Shown in pieces: positions 11,783 to 22,312 of a stretch of DNA of 64,000 nucleotides. Every line of letters begins with the position of its first letter. Within the stretch, counting starts at the first letter, position 1. Both the position numbers and the translations under genes were made by a program. The stretch is from Trypanosoma brucei. Lineage: Eukaryota. Under the pieces are notes generated by a model. The model had not been told where the DNA came from, ran no database searches, and saw nothing but the letters and a program-made list of their open reading frames with translations. The stretch is from positions 1,056,001 through 1,120,000 of the forward strand of contig CP000067.1 of assembly GCA_000002445.1 (NCBI GenBank), given 5' to 3'.

Positions 11783-13243
11783 TGCGTCTTGCAGTCGATT
11801 AGCACTTTTAGGGACTTCTTTTACCCACAGAGTTTCGGGAACAAAAGGATGAAAGAGAAAGAGCATGAGGAAGTGATGTGCAAGGAAAGTTAGATATGCA
11901 CAAGTTGGTGCGTACCATGTCTGAAAGTTTATTGAAGAAGATGCAAGCACACACCTGGAGAGACGCAAATGACGTTCGCCTCCCTTCGTTTTGTGCTTGA
12001 GCTGTGCAGCAGTTGCCCCGATGATTGTAATGCACACGAGGTGATTTCCATACCAACGTTGAATAGAGTTGTTTGAGGGCAAATTCACTTGCCACTGGAG
12101 TTACAAACGCATAAAGTCGTTTCGGCATGCTAGTGATTGTTTGCTCACGTTTCTTGTCGATTGCGCCACTTCTTCAGTACCATACGACTTCATGCGAGAT
12201 GAAGAGCGGGGAAGACTTCTGCAAGACAAAACTTAAAATGTTGCAGTGCTTTGAAGCAGAGTGGACATACACATAACTTTGCTCCTTGATACCACAGCTA
12301 GGAACGCAGCGCCCCAAAGTTATGAATTACATATGAACTTGATGCACTTGATGGAAGCGGCACCGCGTGAATGCCACTACTGAAAGTGTATGAAAGGAAA
12401 GAAAAGACAATAAGAATATTAGGGGAAAGAACAAAGAAGGGGTTAATGTTTCGCAATTACCATTTAACCTAGTGGTATACCTGAGATAATAAAATCAGCG
12501 GTGCACCGAAAGAAATGCTGCACAGCCTGAGCACCGAGGGAGGAAGTTGAGGTAAAAAGAAAAAAAAAGAAACCATAAAACAAAAAAGAAACCGAAAGGG
12601 ACCCTCGAATGGTATCGCAGAAGCAGCATTTGGAGATGAGTGGACGCATGGAGTCGGCAAACTTGACGGTTTTACCACCGCTTTATTCAACGGCAATGGA
12701 GCCACCGCCTCCAGCCGCATCGCATAATACGGCCAAATCACTGCAATTCGCACCTCCGCTTGTTGTATTTTCTAATCGGCGGACGTAACGAGGGAAAAAC
12801 GATGGGACCCCAACGAGATGACAACGACAAAAGAAAAAAAAGAAAACAAAAGAATTTGAGCAGGAATTTTTTTGGGAAAAAGAGATGAAATTTGCTTCAC
12901 ATGTTGTAAAGATCAAGTACTTTAATCGTTCCACAATGCAGTGGCGAAGTAAAAGATGAAAGAAGACCTACCACCAAACCAATGAAAAAAGAACCGAAAG
13001 TGGTCCGCTCATTCGCTACCACTGCGGCAGCAAAAAAAGAGGGAAAATGAGTGGAATGCGAAAGGGTGGAGACAACTGTTGCCGAAAGAGTGAAGACACG
13101 TTGGTGGCGGTTAACTATCCTCCGCTGCGTTCAATGGTAATAGGCAGATAAGTAACAAAACATCTGATTTATTTATTTACTTATTTACTGACTCTCCTCC
13201 TTTACCTCCTTTTTTTCTTCAATAGGAACTTCAAAGCCGCCGG

Positions 13244-14659
13244 TTAACCAGTTATAGTGCCCCATATACTTGCACCCGTGCCGAAAACAATGCCTACAAC
13301 ACCACAAATTAGTAAAACATATGTCGCAAGATAATGTAAAGACCCAACTTTCTGCCATGTGAAGCCCCCTGAGTACATAATCAACAACGCGGGGAAGACG
13401 AAACCCAGTGAACCACCGGTAATCGAGCCAGAAAAACCAAGGACGGTATTAACATTGGGAATGAATAGACCCAAAAGCAGTGCAGCAGTGGACAGCACGA
13501 TGACTGACACGCAATGCTTCCAAAAGGGTAGAGAATCCACATTCTTCTCTGCAATGCTGTACAATGCATTACGACACGCCATAGCGAGCAGCGCATACGA
13601 AGCAACCAGCTTTACAAGCACGCCAATCATACCAACCATTACAGCCGGCTCCTTTACGGGGTCGTACATAAGCAAAATAGAACCGGAAACAGCACGACCA
13701 AAGTCCATGTAACCGAAAAAGGCAGTGATTATGTACAGCGCAGTACACAGGGACATGGCAATGATGGCCGCAATAACAAACTTACGTACTGAACGATCCT
13801 TCATGTCAATATAAACTTCATACGCCGTGTCCTGACAAGTGTAGGAAAACATAAATACTCCCAACCCTTCAATGGCTTCATTCCCGCTATTAAAGAGAAT
13901 GATGGCAGCTGTATCACTCTTTCCAACACTAACATTCTTTATATTCTCCGACAAGCCATTCATGCACGAGTGCACAACGATCACAATGACAAAATACACC
14001 ATGAAGGTAACGGCAAAAGTGGAGACGTACCGAAGGGAGTCGACGTGACGCGGGATCGCCAGTGGAAGCATAAAACATGCCCAAACCACCGCCGTGAGAA
14101 GACGATTACCTGATTTTTCCTTCAGGAAGTCCGGCGCATTTGTGCCTTTCAAAATGGCAGACAAAATATCTCCCACTGAAATTACGTAGGCAACACAACT
14201 CGTAAAACCATCAAGCGCTCGAAGAACAGCAATGGCATAAGCAACTCTACGACCCATGAGGACAAATGTTACGCTTTCATATGTGGGTGCTTTGGAGCGG
14301 TCCGCTGCGAGGGCGAGATTACGCATGGAATAGATAGTCATGCAACTAATAAAAAAGAGGTAAAACATTCCCATGATAAGTCCACTGCTGCCGGCCGATG
14401 ACGGCAAGCCAAAGATGCCAGCGCCCAGCGTTGTCGCTGCGATGTTGAAGGCACTGGCGATTGTACCTCCGGGAGGGATGAATGCAGCAAATTGTGTGCT
14501 CTGCTCACCAGGAGGTTGCTTCCCTGATTGGGGTTCGTTTGATTGAACATTTTGACTGGTTTCACAGTTTCCAACGTTATTATTGACAACGGTGTGACCG
14601 ATCGGCTCGAAACAATTGTGAGGTACGGTGTTGCTTGTATTTTCTCTGGCAATACACAT
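13244..14659 (-). CDS. Amino acid transporter (AAAP/AAT family), a divergent mosaic paralog immediately downstream of the array
   Basis: 471-aa ORF. The central region is identical or near-identical to the array copies (for example FAVTFMVYFVIVIVVHSCMNGLSENIKNVSV and YEVYIDMKDRSVRKFVIAAIIA). The N-terminal 60 aa and the C-terminal 70 aa have diverged. Confidence 0.8.
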   Translation of the reverse strand: MCIARENTSNTVPHNCFEPIGHTVVNNNVGNCETSQNVQSNEPQSGKQPPGEQSTQFAAFIPPGGTIASAFNIAATTLGAGIFGLPSSAGSSGLIMGMFYLFFISCMTIYSMRNLALAADRSKAPTYESVTFVLMGRRVAYAIAVLRALDGFTSCVAYVISVGDILSAILKGTNAPDFLKEKSGNRLLTAVVWACFMLPLAIPRHVDSLRYVSTFAVTFMVYFVIVIVVHSCMNGLSENIKNVSVGKSDTAAIILFNSGNEAIEGLGVFMFSYTCQDTAYEVYIDMKDRSVRKFVIAAIIAMSLCTALYIITAFFGYMDFGRAVSGSILLMYDPVKEPAVMVGMIGVLVKLVASYALLAMACRNALYSIAEKNVDSLPFWKHCVSVIVLSTAALLLGLFIPNVNTVLGFSGSITGGSLGFVFPALLIMYSGGFTWQKVGSLHYLATYVLLICGVVGIVFGTGASIWGTITG

Positions 14660-15095
14660 TAGATCTTACAGCTAGTAGCGTTTTCCCCTTCCCCACTGTT
14701 TAACTTACCTAGTTGCCTGCGACTCGTCTTTTAGGTACCGTCTAAGGCAATAATTTGAAGGAAAATGCAAACGGAATAAAAACAAATACCGAAAGAAGGA
14801 AGGGGACGGGAAGTGAGGGTTGGTGTGGAAAGAGTTGGTCGGCAGCGATGCAACCACCTCGTTATGAGTAGGGGGATGAAGGAAGCATATGTCAAAGCGT
14901 GTAGCTCATTGCGTCGAAGGATGCCTATACGGCAGAAAGGGTGTATTCCAAGTGACCACGGCATCCCATCCACGCTATTGAACCCTTTAATTGAGTACCA
15001 TGGTTTCACCCCAAAGATTCCTCGCTTAATCGTCCGTTTAGTCTCATTCATATTTAGATTTGCCGTTTGTGGTGCAGCATCCCCATTCAAGGAAC

Positions 15096-16661
15096 TTACC
15101 GAAAGGCGACAATACAAATGTTTTCTCCTGTTACACTCGACTCGGCGTACTGACAAAGATAGGTCCGCCGGAATCCACTTTGTTTTAAGTATTCAAGCCG
15201 GAAAGCGTCAATTACTCTTTTACAACACATACCTGTGAGGCGTCGCTCAGCATCCACAGCTTCTCCACTCACTGCCCAAGAAGACATGGAAGTTATTGCG
15301 GCGAACTCTCTCTCACTAAACGTATGGTTGGTACCAGGAATCGCGATTCGGCCCCTGCGACACTCGCTCGGGGATAACAAGGCATTTATATGCTTCAATT
15401 CACAGCGTTGGTGACAGCATGTAGCGAAGACAACGGCACACACAGAGGCAAACCCTTCCGTGTTAAGATTAGGTGCTGTAACGCACGAGAGAGCAAAGTC
15501 TGTGCATGCTCCACAAAGGTGTTTGCCGACGGCCACCCACTGTTCTTCCACCGACACTGACTGCTTGATGGCGTTTGTGCATTGATCGGATGTACTGCTT
15601 GTTTCCTCTCTGGACCGTTTACATGTGGACGCACCACATAGTGCTTTTGCCAAATCAAGGTCCTTTATATTGATGCGCAATCGAACGAGCGGAAGGCGAC
15701 TGTTTCGAACACACGCATCGGCTTTGCGCCGGAAGTTATCCATATCTACAACTACAATACGCGGAAAGCCTCCATTGTCAGCACTAAGGGCCTCATTCAC
15801 GGCTGTCCGCCCTTCCTTTCTCTCCTGAAATCCGGGATGACTATGACAATACCGGATAGACCCTGAAAGCAAAGCATCCTGCAACGAAACAGCGAGACCA
15901 GCTTTGCCTGCACCTAATTCAAGGAAACCGGCTATTCTAACATATGTGTTTCCAAGATTCCCCCGCCCCTCGGCGTAACCGCGGATGACCGTCTGCACGC
16001 AACGAAGCAAAGCCCTGTGCTGCGGCCCATGTTTGTTGGAAATTCGTCGCGTTGACCCTGTGCTGCTGTTATCTTGAAAGGGCTCCTGACATTCCTCCGC
16101 AAGAAGGACAATCCGTGGCTGGATAACATTAAAGTAGCACTCCCTTACGCGTGTGATGAGGTCCTCCAAAACCACCGTGTCCATATGATGATGTGTGAAG
16201 CGTTCCTTTTCCGATTCCTGGGAAGTGACACAGTAGGCCACGCCTTTGCACGCATGTAGGTCCTTGCTATAGTATGGGAGCTTGTCAACAACAAAGCGTA
16301 GATCAGGACATACCTTTACGTGCTTTTGCAATTTATCGGCATAAACAGTGTGGTTTGGGTTGATGGGACACGGGACCCGCTGGAGGGCGCGTGAAGGTCC
16401 CGTAGAAACGCCCTCACCAGCAGTTCTCCCCGGGCCAACGGCTGAGCCCGAGCTGCTCAAAACGACAGCAGGTGTTGTTTCCCCCGTTGTGGTGCCGTTC
16501 ACATCGTGAGTGGGACAATAGCGCCCACCGGCTCGTTTGGCCGTGCGACAGAACCGGCGCTTGTGCGAGAGGTAAAAATCGCATGCCACAGCGTCAGGGT
16601 TATGAGTGGGGCGCATTTGTCCCTTTCCGGTCCCTTCGCCTTCCTGAGTTGTGGCATCCAT
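15096..16661 (-). CDS. TRM13-like tRNA 2'-O-methyltransferase (CCCH plus CHHC zinc fingers plus methyltransferase domain)
   Basis: N-terminal CDFYLSHKRRFCRTAKRAGGRYCPTHD fits a TRM13-type CCCH finger. CPINPNHTVYADKLQKHVKVC fits a U11-48K/CHHC finger. Downstream LELGAGKAGL fits SAM-binding motif I. The architecture matches the TRM13 family. Confidence 0.6.
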   Translation of the reverse strand: MDATTQEGEGTGKGQMRPTHNPDAVACDFYLSHKRRFCRTAKRAGGRYCPTHDVNGTTTGETTPAVVLSSSGSAVGPGRTAGEGVSTGPSRALQRVPCPINPNHTVYADKLQKHVKVCPDLRFVVDKLPYYSKDLHACKGVAYCVTSQESEKERFTHHHMDTVVLEDLITRVRECYFNVIQPRIVLLAEECQEPFQDNSSTGSTRRISNKHGPQHRALLRCVQTVIRGYAEGRGNLGNTYVRIAGFLELGAGKAGLAVSLQDALLSGSIRYCHSHPGFQERKEGRTAVNEALSADNGGFPRIVVVDMDNFRRKADACVRNSRLPLVRLRINIKDLDLAKALCGASTCKRSREETSSTSDQCTNAIKQSVSVEEQWVAVGKHLCGACTDFALSCVTAPNLNTEGFASVCAVVFATCCHQRCELKHINALLSPSECRRGRIAIPGTNHTFSEREFAAITSMSSWAVSGEAVDAERRLTGMCCKRVIDAFRLEYLKQSGFRRTYLCQYAESSVTGENICIVAFR

Positions 16662-17889
16662 TTAATCAATACCTATGGTCAAATGCCGGTAAATGCAACT
16701 ACTTTAAGGCCAGTGTCTAACCAAATAACCGTCGCGGTATCCAGCACTTCACACACGCAATTCACAGGGCACCCCTGCCACCTGCTCGGACGATATACAT
16801 GTAAGAAAAAAAAGAAGGGCAGAGGCGACAGCAGAAAGAAAATGTGTAGGCGCACAAAAAAGTTTAAATAAAATGCTGAGTGGAGTGAAGAAGCGCAGCT
16901 ACAACGTAATGGAAAGAGACATATTTAGAAGTACGCGAGACACTTTTTTTTTCTTCCCTCTTTGTTTCTCAAGGTGGAATGAATGTAAAATACATATTCA
17001 CGCTACCATCGGGTTCATATGTTTATATATATTATTTTGAAAAGTATATGTATATATATATATATACATATATGATGCACCGGAATGCACCCTACGCGGT
17101 TGGCGCAGTAAAATTGCGAATACATGTCTTTCCTGTCTTCGTATCGTTAGAGTTCTCCCAGAAAAAAAAATGCGGTGGAGGTAATTTCTTGTGTTTCTAC
17201 TGCAATTAATAAACATAATCGAAAGAAAATATACATTGAAAAGAAAAAAAAAGGGCCTCATATAACAAGAAAAAAATTGGTTCTTGTGATAAAGGATGTG
17301 AAAGTAAGGGTGAGGGGGTTTGTTAGAAAAAAATCTGTAGTAAAAGAACAACAGCAGTCAAAACACCGACCGCATGTATGATTTCGCAACAAATAGTCGT
17401 GATGATCACTGATGACTTTTACCATCGGGCAGTGCCCGCAGAAGCACCAAAAGTAAGAACAAAAACATAAAACAAACAAACGAGCAAGCAATAAGATTGA
17501 CAAACAGCAGCAGCATTGACCTCATACAAGAAAAACAATTTCTGGGGACTAAACACAATATGAAGAAGGAGGAAGAAGAAAATCCAAACCGCGGTGCGGC
17601 TTTGAAAGAGGGTCAAATAGTGAGAAAACAAACAGACAAAACAAACAAATACCATCGACATAAACTGAAGTGAGCCCCCTTTGCCCGCTAATATAAAGCC
17701 CTTCGACACTAAAGGCGTGACACATCACTACCGGCACGACCATAACAATGAAAACATATACGGCCAATGATGTTTTGTTTTTCTTTTGTCATGGTTTCTC
17801 TCGTACAACTACGTAAGCACCCCATTCTTGGCAAAGACAAAGAGAAGGAAACAAAAAAAGAAGGAAAGGAAAAACAAAAAAGGCGTGCC

Positions 17890-18669
17890 TCAAACCCATC
17901 CGATTGCCCTTACGTCATTAAGTTCGTTCATTGCTCTCATTTTTTTCCCACCATCTGGAAGGTAATAAATGGGCTCAAGAGGAACGCGACATGTTGGCAA
18001 GCTCTTACGCATGTACGGGGGTTTATGCCTGTCGCTTGGGCGGAGTCGATCCATCTCTGACTTGAGCGGCTTGAAGGAACAACAGGTTACGACTCCCCAA
18101 GCATAAATGTAGCGATAATGAACCCGTGGCTTCAGAACATCAAGAATAAGTGCAAACATAGTCTCCGCTTCATTCATTAGGATCGATCGATCCATGGCCT
18201 CCTCCATCAAAGTAACGATAAGAGAGATGGCGTTTTGCTCTTCCCGTAGTGTTTCGGTACGCGTAGAGTCCTCTTCATAGACAATTTTGTCTTGTTCCCG
18301 CTTGATACGGAACTCGCGTTTCATTTTCGCGACGCAGTCATCGGTGCCGTCGTCATCCTCTTCTTCTTCCTCATCGGCGCTTTGGTTATTTCTTCCTGAT
18401 TCACCTCTTTCCACAATGAGAATTCCGTTCCGTTCCAATTCCTCATCCCATAGCATTTTGGTGAGGCCGCGGTACCATCGGTGCTGCAAATTGGCACGCG
18501 CAAACTGTTCGCCGTCCTCAAGAGGAATTAAGAATGCATGAAGGCGATTTTCCTCGGAAGCTGAGTTATCGCCCTCCAAGACGTGTTCCGCAGGCGCAGG
18601 CAGTTCTGTTTCCGTGAGTGTACGTTCTTCTTGATCCGTTACTCTGCTCGTTTCTTCCGTATTATCCAT
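17890..18669 (-). CDS. Hypothetical acidic protein (259 aa)
   Basis: Clean ORF with an acidic stretch (EEEEEDDDGTDD) and no motif I can name. It sits at normal spacing within the unit. Confidence 0.45.
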   Translation of the reverse strand: MDNTEETSRVTDQEERTLTETELPAPAEHVLEGDNSASEENRLHAFLIPLEDGEQFARANLQHRWYRGLTKMLWDEELERNGILIVERGESGRNNQSADEEEEEDDDGTDDCVAKMKREFRIKREQDKIVYEEDSTRTETLREEQNAISLIVTLMEEAMDRSILMNEAETMFALILDVLKPRVHYRYIYAWGVVTCCSFKPLKSEMDRLRPSDRHKPPYMRKSLPTCRVPLEPIYYLPDGGKKMRAMNELNDVRAIGWV

Positions 18670-19382
18670 ATTTACACCTTTATTATTATTGTTTCGGTAT
18701 TGGTATGCTCCTAACTTTTCACCTCTCCTCTTCTTTATTTTTTTCGGCTAAAATATGTGATGCTTTTCTTCTTACCTTTTGCCTTGTTTATTTTTCGTTA
18801 TTATCTTTGCTTTTAAGAAAGTATGTCCCTAAGTATATAATTTTGCATGATATATACGTACACACATACACGATAAAAAGGGGGAACACAAGAGAGGAAA
18901 AAAATATATTCAGATCATTATGAGACGGGGAGTACAAACATCATGCAAGCCAGCGATGGCCTTCCTTTAAAAAATAAAAACACCAAAAAAAAACCAAGAC
19001 AGTGCTTTTGTGTAGGTTGCGGACAACAAGGGGTTCTTTTTCTTTTTCATTCGTTGCCACGCATTCGTCCCTTATGGAACTCTCAGAACCTTTGCGCTGG
19101 AAGGCAATGCCCTTTGGTATTTCCTCTGTCTATTATTTAACCCCTTCTCTCTTCTTTTTAACATGAACTGGAACCAATGTTAGTGAATCAACAAGAGGGA
19201 GGGGGAAAATCCACAAGAGGAAGGGGTAGAGGACCGTTATGCGTTGCTCTTTATTTTTTTCCCTTTTTGCATTGTTTCAACTCTAACGAATATCCGTATG
19301 AAAACATGAAGAGGTCGCATACCGATGGAAGAGGTAAACACCCCTTGTACCACTTCGTCTTCTCATCCCCTCCTTCAGCTTC

Positions 19383-21434
19383 TCACTGTTTCCCGTCAGA
19401 TACATCAAGTGTCACTTGACGCCCAATCATTGATGAGTCCGTTGCGGCCACGACGCGTGTGAGCACCGCCGTCCCATGTTCGTTGAAGGAAAGCGGTGAG
19501 AACATAAAGGACCCGAGGTCGTTAAACCACAAAACCCAATTATGGTGCCGCCACACGGTACGGCGGTGGGTGATGGATATCAATGAGATGCCCAACTGCT
19601 TGCACATGCTGTACAACCGCTCCTCTATCTCAATATCCATGTTGCTGCTGCACTCGTCAAGTACGGCAAAGTGCGGCCGGTGGTAAAAGAGACGCGCAAT
19701 CGCGAGTTTCTGCATTTCGCCTAACGACAGCAGACCGTCAGACCACGAGAAGACGGTGTCCCACGTGATGTGCGGCCTTGAGAGTATGTCTTCCAGCTTG
19801 GCCATTTCAAGACATTCGTACAGCATGGACTCACTCACTTCGAGTTCTGATAATTGCTTCGGGTACGTAATTTGACTGCGCAGCGTGCCACAGGGGACAT
19901 ATGGTCTTTGTGGTACGTAGTAGATTTGATCCATACGAGGCTTTACAATACGACCACCATGAAGCGGCCAGAGCCCAGCCAGAAGCCGTAACAAAGACGA
20001 CTTACCGCAACCGTTGGCGCCAACAATGAGGAGATTCATTCCTGGTTTCACGTGCAGCGTCAGTCCCCGGCACAACATTTCGTTGGTTGGGAGAATAATG
20101 GGCACATTCTCAAATGCTATGTAGTCGCCACGCACGATCTCACCAGCACTGCCCTTCGGAGCGTCGTCCAGTGCTCGTCTACTCGTCCGTTGAACCTCCG
20201 TAGCGTGTTGAATGCTTTCTTGGAGCTCGTAAATTTCGTCAGTTAAGGAGCGCAAGACAAAAAATCCCCTGCAATTCCTCACAAGTCCACCAATCCCCTG
20301 CGAAAGCTTCATGAAAACGTAAGAAGTCTCTGCAAAGAGAGCAAGGAGATCTTGTCCGCTCGTCGCCTCCGTATTCCTGGAGAGGACAACTCCCAAACAC
20401 ACGAAGTTACTCAGTATCCTCGAGCCGTACTTCAGGAATAAATTTTCCATCAAACCATAACGCCCCTGCACAAATGCTGCCCGACTCCTATGCTGCACAA
20501 TCGACTCGAGATATTGATTCATGAGATTTCTGTGAAACAGTTGTCCTTTGGACATCACTAACTCCTCCGCGTATTTCAGCAGTCGGTTATGCGCAGTGAT
20601 AAGGGTACCTTCGCGGCTGAGCTGCTCCGCAACAAGGCCTTCCATATCGGGAGAAAACTTTTGGGCAATAGCTACAAATAATGCGTAGTAGCCAATCACC
20701 ATTGCTAGCGTTCGTGACCCACTGGTGGAACCCACCTTGTACGAAAAGGCGACAATGTTGATTAGTGGTTCCAGGATAGACGTGAAAAACCCCGCGACGT
20801 TTCTGGACCAGCTTGCGACGTGTCGTGTAATGCGTTCGTCAATGTTTTTTACCGAGTGCGAGCTAGCGACGGCAAAGAAGACATCATTGTTAAGATAAAT
20901 GCGATGCAAGTGATGGGCCAGGTTAGACTGCAACCGCAGACCCAGCATTCCTACGCAGTACCTCAAGGTTGTGTTCGCTAATGCAACGGGAGCAAACCAG
21001 CACAATAGCAATCCAACGACGCGCACCACCGTAGCGGGGTTGCCGCTTATAGCACTTTTGTCCACCGCCGCTGCAACGCTGGTGATACGTAACGATAGAA
21101 ATGTCCTCGAAATGAGGAGGAGAGAAATTATCATCAGCATTCCACTTTCCCGTGAACGAATGGACGGAATGGCAATCTCAAGTAAGGCAAGAAAGCGCCG
21201 GACTGCTGCAGCAAACGACTGAACTTTCACCTTGTCCTGTGCTTGCGCTTCCTTCCCGTTCACACTGCTCGCTGGTTTTGATCTTTCAGCCTTCAGTGGG
21301 AGCGGTTTGTTAGACCGCAACCCTGCAGAGGCTGCAAGTATAGCAGCAACGCCGCCAGTCAACATGCATGCGCACAACTCGTGGTTTCTGCTCCTAGACG
21401 CGATGTATTCCTTGCATAGCTCAAACACTGTCAT
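19383..21434 (-). CDS. ABCD-subfamily ABC half-transporter (peroxisomal/glycosomal type, GAT-like)
   Basis: N-terminal TMD followed by an NBD with Walker A GANGCGKSS and signature LSLGEMQK. The ABCD-specific Walker B region 'ARLFYHRPHFAVLDECSSNMD' compares with ABCD1 '[21 protein letters not shown]'. The 683-aa length fits trypanosome GAT half-transporters. Confidence 0.8.
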   Translation of the reverse strand: MTVFELCKEYIASRSRNHELCACMLTGGVAAILAASAGLRSNKPLPLKAERSKPASSVNGKEAQAQDKVKVQSFAAAVRRFLALLEIAIPSIRSRESGMLMIISLLLISRTFLSLRITSVAAAVDKSAISGNPATVVRVVGLLLCWFAPVALANTTLRYCVGMLGLRLQSNLAHHLHRIYLNNDVFFAVASSHSVKNIDERITRHVASWSRNVAGFFTSILEPLINIVAFSYKVGSTSGSRTLAMVIGYYALFVAIAQKFSPDMEGLVAEQLSREGTLITAHNRLLKYAEELVMSKGQLFHRNLMNQYLESIVQHRSRAAFVQGRYGLMENLFLKYGSRILSNFVCLGVVLSRNTEATSGQDLLALFAETSYVFMKLSQGIGGLVRNCRGFFVLRSLTDEIYELQESIQHATEVQRTSRRALDDAPKGSAGEIVRGDYIAFENVPIILPTNEMLCRGLTLHVKPGMNLLIVGANGCGKSSLLRLLAGLWPLHGGRIVKPRMDQIYYVPQRPYVPCGTLRSQITYPKQLSELEVSESMLYECLEMAKLEDILSRPHITWDTVFSWSDGLLSLGEMQKLAIARLFYHRPHFAVLDECSSNMDIEIEERLYSMCKQLGISLISITHRRTVWRHHNWVLWFNDLGSFMFSPLSFNEHGTAVLTRVVAATDSSMIGRQVTLDVSDGKQ

Positions 21435-22312
21435 TTTTCCCTTTCCCTTTCCCTTCTCCGTCTATTTTTCTTTTTTTCTTCACTAGATAAGGACCCCACT
21501 GCTACCAGTGGCACAGGGGAAGGGAAAAGAGCAGTGAGGGAAGAATGATCCTTCCCCTCGTCACTACACTGACTGTCTCCCGTCTATTGCTGTTGGCGTT
21601 GAAGTTGTTGTTGCGCACGCCAGGTGTATTTACAAGTCGAATTTGATGAAAGAAACACATGAACGTAGAAGATGATGATAGACATACACTACGGAGGAAC
21701 AGGCATGCATAAAACTGTAGGTAGCCCTACTATCACACACACCAAATTCAGCGATTAAATTGATCACAAAAGGAGTGGCAAAACTAAGAAATACAGGTAC
21801 ACACACACACACATATAGATATATCCATACACATATAAATGCGCAGATAACCCGCATTACTGTGACTGCAGTATGCGGGGTGCCACACATGATCAGTACA
21901 AAAAGAAACACACGGCTAGGTAACTGGTTAACAACTGCAGTAATTTAAAAAAAAAAGTTCACTCAATCTCCTAAAGTGGGGGTGTTGACGTTGTTGGAGT
22001 GGCGAGTGAGACCATTTGTCGTGCCAATAACTCAAGGCATCAATTTTGGAAGGAGGGATGGGCGGAATGATCCATGCGAATCAAAATAAGGACACAACGA
22101 ACACAAGAAGCAAAAAAAAAAAGAAAAAAAACCAGTTCGCAAGAACGGTACTAAAAAGTCGAGTATGCATTTGCTTCGGTATGCGCTGCTTTCCTACACC
22201 GCGAAACCCAAGAATCGTTCGAACTGCAGGAGGAGGGATGATGAGGGGAAAGGGATTAGGAAAATGGGAAAAAAAAACTACAGCTGAAACGCGTACTTAC
22301 TTATCCCTTCCC

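Larger units (their letters stand above)
2896..12838. repeat. Tandem array of three near-identical ~3.31 kb units (about 2896-6210, 6211-9519, 9520-12838), each holding one amino-acid transporter gene plus its intergenic region
   Basis: The ORF track shows three identical 558-aa ORFs at a period of 3309/3314 nt. The intergenic landmark string 'aaaaaaaagtaaaataaagaaataaaaagaaaattagccctttccgaatttctcaacgcccactcaaagttgtgg' recurs at ~2901, ~6211 and ~9520. Homology stops at ~2895 on the left and ~12838 on the right. Confidence 0.9.

Noticed and set aside
2896-12838. A regularly spaced direct-repeat structure that could superficially suggest a CRISPR array or a mobile element
   Set aside because: The units are 3.3 kb each and contain a complete eukaryotic transporter gene. 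There are no short repeat/spacer alternations, no terminal inverted repeats and no RT or transposase ORF. It is a tandem gene array.
17000-17080. AT-rich (TA)n/(TATG)-like tract and poly-A runs in the 16662-17889 spacer, considered as a possible promoter or retroelement poly(A) tail
   Set aside because: No adjacent RT or endonuclease ORF and no target-site duplication is visible. The composition is typical of kinetoplastid intergenic UTR sequence.
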